A DNA stretch of 41,437 bases. Origin: an uncultured virus (IMG/VR IMGVR_UViG_2061766007_000905) (taxonomy: Duplodnaviria; Heunggongvirae; Uroviricota; Caudoviricetes). Location of the stretch: IMG/VR virus record IMGVR_UViG_2061766007_000905, one strand, 5' to 3'. The notes under the pieces were generated by a model that saw nothing but the letters and a program-made list of their open reading frames with translations, made no database searches and was not told the DNA's origin. Below, piece by piece: positions 6,964-14,592 of the stretch (position 1 is the first letter of the stretch; every line of letters starts with the position of its first letter). The translations under genes were made by a program, and so were the position numbers.

Positions 6964-7049
6964 TGAGGATTACCCCTAATTGGTAAGGGACTGGTTTGGA
7001 ATGCCGGCGTGGGCTTGCTCACATGAAAGTTCGAGTCTTTCATCCTCAG
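6964..7049 (+). tRNA. tRNA-Ser(GGA)
   Basis: Acceptor TGAGGAT/ATCCTCA + G73, anticodon arm CTGGT-TTGGAAT-GCCGG, long variable arm, GAAAG-TTCGAGT-CTTTC. Confidence 0.86.
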
Positions 7050-7054
7050 CTAAC

Positions 7055-7441
7055 AAGCAAAGCTATAGGAATCATAATAGACTGCCGGATCCTATACACG
7101 TAGCATGCAACGTCGAAGATAAGGTCTAAGATTTATAAGTTTGGGAAAAGGTAAACTTATCCAGCATGGTTCACTGGTAACTATGAACCATTTTTTAGAA
7201 TTTGCCTAATTATACTTCTCGATAAAGTATATAATTCATGGTTTGTACAGACTATGATTAGATGCGGTGCCCGGCGGTCGGGACTGGCCGAAATCGAAAA
7301 TGTATCTAGTGAACCTAATAAGTAGTTCTTAAAGGGTGAAACTCTAGTTGCCTTCGGCTTCGTAAAATGGAGTTCAAACGAAGTCATCCCGGTTTCTGGA
7401 ATGGTCTACCAAGACAAGTGCTTAACTAGCTCAAGAAACCA
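7055..7441 (+). ncRNA. Second structured non-coding block within the tRNA array
   Basis: Serial helices TATAGGA/TCCTATA, ATAAGTTT/AAACTTAT, ATGGTTCA/TGAACCAT, CATGGTTTG/CAGACTATG, GGCTTCGT/ACGAAGTC, GGTTTCT/AGAAACC; no credible + strand ORF. Confidence 0.5.
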
Positions 7442-7447
7442 TTTTAT

Positions 7448-7540
7448 GGCGGTGTGGTCCGAGTGGCTTAAGGCGGCTGATTTGAAATCAGCAGAGGGTA
7501 GCGATCCTGTCCTCCGTGGGTTCGAATCCTACCACCGCTT
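7448..7540 (+). tRNA. tRNA-Ser(TGA)
   Basis: Acceptor GGCGGTG/CACCGCT, anticodon arm GCTGA-TTTGAAA-TCAGC, long variable arm, TTCGAAT. Confidence 0.88.
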
Positions 7541-7549
7541 CGAATTTTT

Positions 7550-7633
7550 GGAAGTGTCCCGCAACTGGTGGCGGAGCTGCTTCGAACGCAGTGAGTCAGA
7601 GATGACTTGGAGGTTCGAATCCTTTCACTTCCG
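7550..7633 (+). tRNA. tRNA-Ser(CGA)
   Basis: Acceptor GGAAGTG/CACTTCC + G73, anticodon arm GCTGC-TTCGAAC-GCAGT, variable arm GAGTCA/TGACTT. Confidence 0.9.
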
Positions 7634-7640
7634 CTATTAT

Positions 7641-7711
7641 TGCCGGTTGGTGTAATGGTAGCACAGGGGTCTCTGAAGCCCTTAGCATTCGATCGTAACG
7701 AGTACCGGCAA
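7641..7711 (+). tRNA. tRNA-Gln(CTG), non-canonical T-loop
   Basis: Acceptor TGCCGGT/ACCGGCA (U1-A72), anticodon arm GGGGT-CTCTGAA-GCCCT, T-loop ATCGTAA. Confidence 0.85.
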
Positions 7712-7719
7712 CTTTATTA

Positions 7720-7753
7720 AAGGGTTTACAAAAAACCCTTCTTTTTTTATATT
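7720..7753 (+). promoter_or_regulatory. Terminator/promoter cassette closing the tRNA array
   Basis: AAGGGTTT/AAACCCTT hairpin + T-tract containing TTTACA(7725-30)-17nt-TATATT(7748-53). Confidence 0.72.
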
Positions 7754-7788
7754 TAATTTATGTTTATTTAAAGTAAAGGATTGAAAAT

Positions 7789-8229
7789 ATGTTGATTGAA
7801 AAGATAAATGCAGATATTATTGCTAACATGAAGGCAAAGAATTCTATAGATGCAACTATCCTGAAAACACTTAAGGCAGATATTCAGAAGGTATCTATTG
7901 ATACTAAGAAAGATATCGATGATATCATGGTCATTGATGTAACAAGTCGGACAGTTAAGCAATTTAATGATGCGCTTGATATGTATATTAAGGCTAATCA
8001 AGTTGAACATATTACTGAAACTAAGCATCGTATCGAAGTTGTTTCTGCATATTTGCCAGAACAGGTTTCTGAAGAAGAAGTAATTGCCGCAGTCAATGAA
8101 GTTAAGATTAAAATTGGCGCTACTACAAAGAAAGACATGGGTAATATGATGAAAGAATTGTCGCCTATGTTCAAAGGTAAGTTTGACCAGAAAAAGCTGT
8201 CACAAATTGTTAGCTCTGTTTTAGTTTAA
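7789..8229 (+). CDS. yqeY: GatB/YqeY domain protein
   Basis: 146 aa; INADIIANMKAK, EVVSAYLPEQVSEEEV and KKDMGNMMKEL match the YqeY pattern. Confidence 0.85.
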   Translation: MLIEKINADIIANMKAKNSIDATILKTLKADIQKVSIDTKKDIDDIMVIDVTSRTVKQFNDALDMYIKANQVEHITETKHRIEVVSAYLPEQVSEEEVIAAVNEVKIKIGATTKKDMGNMMKELSPMFKGKFDQKKLSQIVSSVLV

Positions 8230-8331
8230 CAGATTTTAAAATATTCAAATAAAAATATCGTTCATCAACATGAACGATATTTTTTTATATTTGTAATATG
8301 GATTTAAAATTGATTTAAATAAGGATATCAG

Positions 8332-9268
8332 ATGAGCCATTTTACAACATTCGTTATTTCGAAAACGGATAATAGAGAAGAACTTGAAAGATTGATGTTG
8401 CCATATCATGAATATGAATGCACAGGAATTACAGAATACTGTATTCACCAGGACATAACAGATGAAACAGTTACTGATTATAATGAAAATAAAGAAGATT
8501 ACGAGTCGGTAGAAGATTTTCTTGATAGCTGGCACGGTATAACTAATGTCTATGAGTCTGAACCGGAAACTAAGCCGGAAGATTCGTATGCTGTCATAAA
8601 GGATGGTCAGATTATAAAGGCATACAGGTTTACCAATCCTAACAGCAAATGGGATTATTATGGCCCATATAGTTGGGAACGTAGTGAATATGTCAATATT
8701 GATGGAGAAACAGACGTAATTAAGAAGTCTCAGTTCGACATAGACGCATTCATGGCTAAGAGAAAGGAATATTATACGGAATTATATAATAAGCTAAAAC
8801 CGTATTTTACGAGCGACTTTATTACGTGGGAACAAGCACGAAAAGAAAATGAAAATCTTGACGCGGCCAGGGATGTCTATAATAACCAGCAGTCCATGAA
8901 GGATATGAACGAAAAACTTGGCTCCGGTGAAGTATTCCATATTAGGTGGAATATCAATATTGACGATGTTGCTACTAAGACCTTAGACGAATTCGTNNNN
9001 NNNNNNCGAAGTATTTCATCTTAGATGGAATATCAATATTGACGATGTTGCTACTAAGACCTTAGACGAATTCGTAAAGGCGAATTTAGATACGGTTGCG
9101 CCGTTCTGGGCAATGGTTACGCCGGACGGTAAATGGATTGAAAAAGGCAAGATGGGCTGGTGGGCTATTTCTTGGGACGAAGATAATAATTTCAATAAGA
9201 CATGGACCGAAGTCTGGAAAGAAATTCCGGATGACTATTATATCTGGAAATGCGATTGCCATATTTAA
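8332..9268 (+). CDS. Conserved phage hypothetical protein (NPNSKWDYY, GKMGWW, C-terminal DCHI), split by an assembly gap
   Basis: Frame broken at the N-gap 8997-9006. Post-gap sequence repeats about 8929-8996, then continues ...AMVTPDGKWIEKGKMGWWAIS...CDCHI*. Confidence 0.75.
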
Positions 9269-9274
9269 TAAGAG

Positions 9275-9640
9275 GTGCTTATGTATTATAATAATATTGA
9301 AGATACTTGCTGGGAAATCAAAGACATTATTAAAGAAAATTTTTTGGACGAGAATGACAAAGAAAAAGATACGTTTGTCTTGTCTAAGGAAGACGCGCAT
9401 AATATCCTAAAGAAACTGCGGGAAATCGAAAATGAAGCCGATGACTTGGAAGCTGATATAGACAATAAAGAAGATGACATTTCAGAACTTGAAGATCGAA
9501 TATCTGATTTGGAATTTTATGACGATATTCCTGACGAGCTTGCGATGTTATTACATGACCGTAACTATGATTTAGGAACAGTTCTCGAATTAAAAGAAAC
9601 GATTATAAATGTCTTAAAGAAACGCGGCTATAATGTTTAA
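9275..9640 (+). CDS. Acidic coiled-coil hypothetical protein
   Basis: GAGG upstream; heptad pattern LEADIDNKEDDISELEDRISDLE. Confidence 0.7.
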   Translation: MLMYYNNIEDTCWEIKDIIKENFLDENDKEKDTFVLSKEDAHNILKKLREIENEADDLEADIDNKEDDISELEDRISDLEFYDDIPDELAMLLHDRNYDLGTVLELKETIINVLKKRGYNV

Positions 9641-9652
9641 TTCGATAAAGGG

Positions 9653-9681
9653 TTTACAAAAACCCTTTATTTTTTTATATT
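9653..9681 (+). promoter_or_regulatory. Terminator/promoter cassette
   Basis: TTTACA-17nt-TATATT with -35 in hairpin AAAGGGTTT/AAACCCTTT. Confidence 0.72.
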
Positions 9682-9688
9682 ATAATCT

Positions 9689-9907
9689 ATGGGAAAAGAA
9701 CAAGTAAAACTAAAAGAATACTCTTTTGAAATCGGACCGATTGACGATACTAGCGAAACTGTCGCTATTGTCGGAGAAGAGTATTCCAGTGTCGGAAGCG
9801 ATGAAAAGTTTTACCGCAAGGAAGACGTCGATAAGCTGATTGCGGAAAAAGATAAAGAAATCAAGATGCTGGAATACATGTTGCATATTTCTTCGAAACA
9901 GGTATAG
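9689..9907 (+). CDS. Hypothetical protein
   Basis: ORF starts 7 nt after the -10 box, possibly leaderless. Confidence 0.7.
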   Translation: MGKEQVKLKEYSFEIGPIDDTSETVAIVGEEYSSVGSDEKFYRKEDVDKLIAEKDKEIKMLEYMLHISSKQV

Positions 9908-9908
9908 T

Positions 9909-10316
9909 ATGAAATCGATATTTATCAGCGGTAGTTCGTCTATTCATGAATTGACAACGGACATGGAAAAAAGCCTTGACGAAATTATCAAGCGTAAAAT
10001 TCCAGTTCTTATCGGTGATTGCTATGGCATAGATTCATTAGTCCAGCGGTATTTTCATGAAAGAAATTATAAAGATGTTACCGTCTATTATGTCGGCAGT
10101 TATCCCAGATGTCATTTTATCGAATTCAAGAAAAAAGACTGTAACGACCTAGTATCTAATGAAACAGGTCGTGCGTTCTATGAAGTCAAGGATATTCAAA
10201 TGTCGGAACATTGTACTGGCGCATTGATGTTCTGGGACGGTAAAAGCCAAGGCACAAAAAACAATATCGAGCGCTGTAAAAAATTAAAAAAGAATTATAA
10301 AATTGTAAAAGGTTAA
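9909..10316 (+). CDS. SLOG superfamily (YspA/DUF2493-like) protein
   Basis: IFISGS, IGDCYGIDSL, KDIQMS and FWDGKSQGTKNNI motifs; start reassigned to ATG 9909. Confidence 0.72.
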   Translation: MKSIFISGSSSIHELTTDMEKSLDEIIKRKIPVLIGDCYGIDSLVQRYFHERNYKDVTVYYVGSYPRCHFIEFKKKDCNDLVSNETGRAFYEVKDIQMSEHCTGALMFWDGKSQGTKNNIERCKKLKKNYKIVKG

Positions 10317-10318
10317 TC

Positions 10319-11140
10319 ATGGATATTAAAGCAGAAAATTTAAAAGTATTCAACGATACGCTTAAGCAGATTAAAAACGATAAGACTTTGAACGAATCTG
10401 TCGGAAAGTCGGTCTCGGATTCTAAGGTCTATAGCGATTTTTATTTCCGGACATTTGAAATGCCGAAGTTTGAAAACATCGGCCCGGCAAAGGTAAAGGT
10501 CACAAAGAACAGTTCGTTCAATGCGGCAAGAAATTATAACGGGAAAGTAGCGGTCCTTAACTTCGCATCGGCTACGAACCCGGGCGGTGGCGTTACCAAG
10601 GGTTCTACCGCACAGGAAGAATGCCTTTGCAGATGTTCGACTCTTTATCCGGTGCTTTCGGATAGCAGATTTGACATTCCGTACTATGGCTTGCATAAGC
10701 GTGACGGAGACGCATTGCATAATAATGATATTATCTATTCTCCGAACATTTACATTATCAAGTCCGATAATTACACTAATCTTTTCAGGCCGTCAACTGT
10801 AAATGTCATTACATGTGCCGCGCCGAATCTTCGTGAAACGCCGGCTAACGCTTATAACCATGAACGCGGTGAAAGACCGAATATCAGCGATAAGGAATTG
10901 CTGAAGCTTCATGAAAATCGCGGCAGGTGTATTCTTCGAGTTGCTGCAGAAAATGGCAATGAAACAGTTATTCTCGGCGCTTTCGGTTGTGGCGCATTTA
11001 AGAATAAGCCGGAAATTGTTGCACAGGCATACAAGAATATCCTTCCGGAATTCGTAAATCATTTCAAGAATATCGAATTCGCGGTATTCTGCGGGCGCGA
11101 TACTGTAAACTATGATACATTCAAGAGGATTTTAGGTTAA
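10319..11140 (+). CDS. TIGR02452/DUF2263 macrodomain (bacterial-type poly-ADP-ribose glycohydrolase-like)
   Basis: VLNFASATNPGGG, AQEECLCRCS, IYSP, ITCAAPNL, ILGAFGCGAF. Confidence 0.9.
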   Translation: MDIKAENLKVFNDTLKQIKNDKTLNESVGKSVSDSKVYSDFYFRTFEMPKFENIGPAKVKVTKNSSFNAARNYNGKVAVLNFASATNPGGGVTKGSTAQEECLCRCSTLYPVLSDSRFDIPYYGLHKRDGDALHNNDIIYSPNIYIIKSDNYTNLFRPSTVNVITCAAPNLRETPANAYNHERGERPNISDKELLKLHENRGRCILRVAAENGNETVILGAFGCGAFKNKPEIVAQAYKNILPEFVNHFKNIEFAVFCGRDTVNYDTFKRILG

Positions 11141-11141
11141 T

Positions 11142-11699
11142 ATGAGCGAAACAGTTAATGAATTCGTAAAAGCGGCAATTCTTAACACAAAAAAGAATAT
11201 TCCAGATTATTTTGTAAAATGCCTGGAACAAAGATTGTGTAACGGTCAAGGTAGTGTTACAGATTTTGATAATGTTGAAGCCCTTGAAAAGCAGCTTCTT
11301 GAATCGGACTGGAAAGAATATCATCATCCGAATATCGCCGATGGCTGTTCAGCATATAAGACTGAATCGTTTGGCGGATATATCGGTATGATTCCGCTCG
11401 GATGCTTGCCTGGCGATACGATTTGCCGATTCACGGATGTCAAGGGAACTGGAACTTTGTCACTTACCTGTTATGCCGATACGGATAGACACCCGGTCAA
11501 TTATAATATATTGATTGTCGGTGATGACGGTTTTGGCCCATGTATGTTTACGTTCCATCCGGGTGAACCATTGCGTCCGTCAACTTTGTCGTCTGATGGC
11601 AATAATGAATTCGGGTACAAAGAAGGTACGACTATTACTGTTGCCAAAGCAATCCTTCTCGGTTTCAGGTATGCGAAGCTCCAGACCACAAAAAATTAA
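11142..11699 (+). CDS. Hypothetical protein
   Basis: 185-aa ORF abutting the previous gene; MFTFHPGEP motif. Confidence 0.75.
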   Translation: MSETVNEFVKAAILNTKKNIPDYFVKCLEQRLCNGQGSVTDFDNVEALEKQLLESDWKEYHHPNIADGCSAYKTESFGGYIGMIPLGCLPGDTICRFTDVKGTGTLSLTCYADTDRHPVNYNILIVGDDGFGPCMFTFHPGEPLRPSTLSSDGNNEFGYKEGTTITVAKAILLGFRYAKLQTTKN

Positions 11700-11719
11700 A
11701 ACTGATTTAATTTTAGGGG

Positions 11720-11748
11720 TTTACAAAAGTAAAATTTTTTACTATATT
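11720..11748 (+). promoter_or_regulatory. Phage early/middle promoter
   Basis: TTTACA-17nt-TATATT. Confidence 0.75.
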
Positions 11749-11767
11749 TAATCTCACAAAATGAATA

Positions 11768-11822
11768 ACGCATAGAGGGTTCCTATGAAATGGTTCTAGG
11801 AAATCAAGTTTACCCTCCGCTA
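11768..11822 (+). promoter_or_regulatory. 5'-leader RNA element, motif copy 3
   Basis: GC-ATA-GAGGGT-TCCTAT...TTT-ACCCTC-C-GCTA immediately before AAGGA RBS; same architecture as 5631 and 5735. Confidence 0.72.
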
Positions 11823-11836
11823 AAAAGGAAACAATT

Positions 11837-13801
11837 ATGTCTAAGTTGTCTAAGTCCACTCTCGTTAAGATTATTTCCATGTTCAATGTCGCCCCAGAAG
11901 CGACAAATGAAAATCGACTTTCATTTGAGGAAGTCAACAAGGAATCGTCTAAGTACGGCTATTTGATTCATCCGGATTGCTGCTCCGATATTACTCTTCA
12001 GTGGGTTAAGGATGTTGCACGTACTAACTATAACAAGACTTTCTATAAGAAGTGGGAAGATATTACCTCCAAGACTCGTTTTGAGCTCTTGATTGATCAG
12101 TTGCTGCATTATGCATCTACCTACGGAACTAATTTTACCGAAGGTAACGGTTATGTTCCGAATGACGGTCCGGATGTAGAAATTCCGTTCGAAAACTTCA
12201 AGGTTATTATGCCGGCAACCGATCGTGAAATCTACGACCGCGCAGTAGGTATGTTTGCTAGCGGTATCGCTCTTGAAGGTGATACTGTAGATACATTGTC
12301 TGATTTTGTTCTTTATCATGTAAAGAACTCTGGTTTCGAACTTGATGTTGATAAGATTAAGAACAAGGAAGTTCAGGTCAAGTTCTGTGATGAACTCAAT
12401 GTTACGCCGAAGGATGCATTTGCGCTCTTGCGTTATCTCATCTATAAGGCAACTGGCAAGTTCATGCTCATCAAGGACCGCGCAACAATCAAGGCCTTGA
12501 AGGAAAACCATGACAAGTACAGCATCGTTGGCCTCACCCAGGAGCAGAAGATTTCTTTGGCTTCTATCTTCTATCGATTCAAGCCGTTGTTCCTTGCAAT
12601 GAAGTCGTCTGAAGGTACTTCTAAGTCAATGATGACTGACGCCTTTAGGAAGGCCGCTGCTAAGGTCGGCGTTAAGTCCTTGACCAAGGTTACAAACGCT
12701 TCGGTCATCAACGAGATCCGTCGTCTTGCAAAGACCTATCATAAGCCGTTTAAGGCTGGCCTCTGGGAAACTGTCCTTTGCGAAGAGAAGGACTTGGACC
12801 AGGTAAAGGCTCATCTTGGCGATATTACTAACTTCAAGAAGATTACGCTTATGCAGGGCATTCTTGCTAAGCTCCAGAAGTGTAATGGTAAGATGTATGT
12901 CATTCGTAACGGCCGTATGTGGGTTGACGAAAACTATAAGCCGAAGAAGGATAAGACTTCTTACTTGATGTCTCTTTATGGATTGCTCGAACAGTCTATT
13001 GTCGATTCTATCAAGTCTAAGGCTGGTCTCGTCGTTGTACCGAAGAACGTTAACTTTACCATTCCGACTTCGGAAAAGAACTTCATCGGTAACTATCCGT
13101 TTGGCACGTCCGTTGACCTTGGCGACAAGAACAACGTTATCGGTATCTACTGGCGTAACGAATGGGGCACTCGTGACTTCGACCTTCACATGTATGACCT
13201 CGAAGGCCATTCTTATGGATGGAACTCGTCTTATACGAACAGCAAGAACACTGTCATCTATTCCGGTGACATGACTAATGCTGAACCGGAAGCAACTGAG
13301 TTGTTCTATTTCAGTAAGGCTGTCGGTTCTGCTAAGGTTTCTGTTAACCAGTTCTCTGGTCAGCCGAAGTCTCAGTTCAAGCTCTTCGTGGCTACTGAAG
13401 ACATGACTTCTAAGCTCGGTTCTAGCGGCTTCGGTCGTCGTAACGGTGGCAACATCGTTATGTGTGATCCGAACAACGTCAAGGCTGAATTCATTATTCC
13501 GGTCGACAACGAATCTTGTAAGGAATGTGCATTGATTACCGATAATAAGGTTCATCTCATGGATCTTACTTCAGGCAGCGGTCGTGTTCCGAATTCAAAG
13601 TATAGCAAGGTTTACCTTGAACAGCTTGAAATCAAGAGCCGTACGTTCATCGACTTGAATGATGTTCTCGTTAAGGCTGGCTTTACGCTGGTTAACGAAG
13701 TTCCGGAAGTAGCAGAAGGCGAAACCGCTCCGAAGGTAGTTCTTGATTTGACCAATCCGGCTAAGGATGATCTTATCAAGCTCTTCAGCGACGCTAAGTA
13801 G
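11837..13801 (+). CDS. Large helical protein with C-terminal TerD-like domain (possible divergent Ro/TROVE-TerD fusion)
   Basis: GIYWRN..RDFDLH..YGWNS..YSGDMTNAEPEATE resembles TerD motifs; the N-terminal ~400 aa look helical; strong high-expression-type codon bias. Confidence 0.68.
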   Translation: MSKLSKSTLVKIISMFNVAPEATNENRLSFEEVNKESSKYGYLIHPDCCSDITLQWVKDVARTNYNKTFYKKWEDITSKTRFELLIDQLLHYASTYGTNFTEGNGYVPNDGPDVEIPFENFKVIMPATDREIYDRAVGMFASGIALEGDTVDTLSDFVLYHVKNSGFELDVDKIKNKEVQVKFCDELNVTPKDAFALLRYLIYKATGKFMLIKDRATIKALKENHDKYSIVGLTQEQKISLASIFYRFKPLFLAMKSSEGTSKSMMTDAFRKAAAKVGVKSLTKVTNASVINEIRRLAKTYHKPFKAGLWETVLCEEKDLDQVKAHLGDITNFKKITLMQGILAKLQKCNGKMYVIRNGRMWVDENYKPKKDKTSYLMSLYGLLEQSIVDSIKSKAGLVVVPKNVNFTIPTSEKNFIGNYPFGTSVDLGDKNNVIGIYWRNEWGTRDFDLHMYDLEGHSYGWNSSYTNSKNTVIYSGDMTNAEPEATELFYFSKAVGSAKVSVNQFSGQPKSQFKLFVATEDMTSKLGSSGFGRRNGGNIVMCDPNNVKAEFIIPVDNESCKECALITDNKVHLMDLTSGSGRVPNSKYSKVYLEQLEIKSRTFIDLNDVLVKAGFTLVNEVPEVAEGETAPKVVLDLTNPAKDDLIKLFSDAK

Positions 13802-13837
13802 TCTAGTAGAAAATAGAATAATAAAATATTCTTTTTA

Positions 13838-13869
13838 GGGTTGACGAAAGTCAATCCTTTTTCTATATT
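13838..13869 (+). promoter_or_regulatory. Terminator/promoter cassette
   Basis: TTGACG(13841-46)-17nt-TATATT(13864-69); hairpin GGGTTGAC-GAAA-GTCAATCC + T-tract, nearly identical to 1836. Confidence 0.72.
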
Positions 13870-13893
13870 TAAAATATAAAAAGGAAACAATCA

Positions 13894-14043
13894 ATGAAAA
13901 ATCTTTTAATTCTCCTCGTATTAATCCTCTTCGTTCTCTTTATGCTCAAAGTACTGTTCACGTATATCCTTCCGATTGCGACAGTTATTGGCCTTATAGC
14001 GATTATCGTGTTCGTAGTAAAGCATGTAATTCTAAAAGAATAG
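13894..14043 (+). CDS. Small membrane protein (49 aa), not in ORF track
   Basis: AAGGA RBS; MKNLLILLVLILFVLFMLKVLFTYILPIATVIGLIAIIVFVVKHVILKE*. Confidence 0.7.
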   Translation: MKNLLILLVLILFVLFMLKVLFTYILPIATVIGLIAIIVFVVKHVILKE

Positions 14044-14158
14044 TTGTAAAAGCGAAATTCGTTTTTTAAAAACCATATATACTATATAACATTTAACAAG
14101 ACGCTTGGCATTTTGACCAAGCGTATATTTATTTTTTTTTTAAATGAGGTGATTGTAT

Positions 14159-14530
14159 ATGAGAAATGTTGTACAAGTAGTAAGGTTTTACTTAATTTGT
14201 AAAACGACGGGACCGAGAACAATAGAAAGCCTGCTCGATAAACCGGATTATAACCCATTACTTAAAAAATGCGTAGACGAAATTAAACGTTATCCAGATG
14301 CCAGCATCCAAGACTGTAAGTATTACAGAGCGCAACTGGATAAAGGCATATTTAAGTTCGATTCTGGTTCATGGGCAATGGATATCAGAGAAGAAGATTT
14401 GCCAAAAGGCACTACTCTTGAATATCTTGACCTGAAAAATGCGTTTCAGGCAATAATCGACTGGATTAAGGATAATCGGGCAGTATTTACGAAAAGACTG
14501 CAACTCGATGAAGAATTTCGGAATTCTTAA
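14159..14530 (+). CDS. Hypothetical protein
   Basis: GAGGTG RBS before ATG 14159. Confidence 0.7.
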   Translation: MRNVVQVVRFYLICKTTGPRTIESLLDKPDYNPLLKKCVDEIKRYPDASIQDCKYYRAQLDKGIFKFDSGSWAMDIREEDLPKGTTLEYLDLKNAFQAIIDWIKDNRAVFTKRLQLDEEFRNS

Positions 14531-14592
14531 TTATAAACCTGGTTAAATGCCAGGTTTTATTATAAATAATATAAAGTTTGAGGATTTTAAAT

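Noticed and set aside
4836..7655. Short ORFs 4836..5078(-), 5188..5376, 7181..7387(-), 7401..7655
   Set aside because: They overlap tRNAs or structured RNA and have no convincing RBS
8997..9076. Apparent premature stop or pseudogene in the 8332 ORF
   Set aside because: Post-gap sequence re-reads the pre-gap ~70 nt; scaffolding artefact
11772..11826. preQ1-I riboswitch (AGAGGGTTC...CCCTC...AAAAA)
   Set aside because: Loop far longer than in preQ1-I, no queuosine-related gene downstream, and better explained by the three-copy motif
11921..13555. Long antisense ORFs (196 and 309 aa), and similar ones opposite other genes
   Set aside because: Shadow frames caused by strong codon bias of the sense gene
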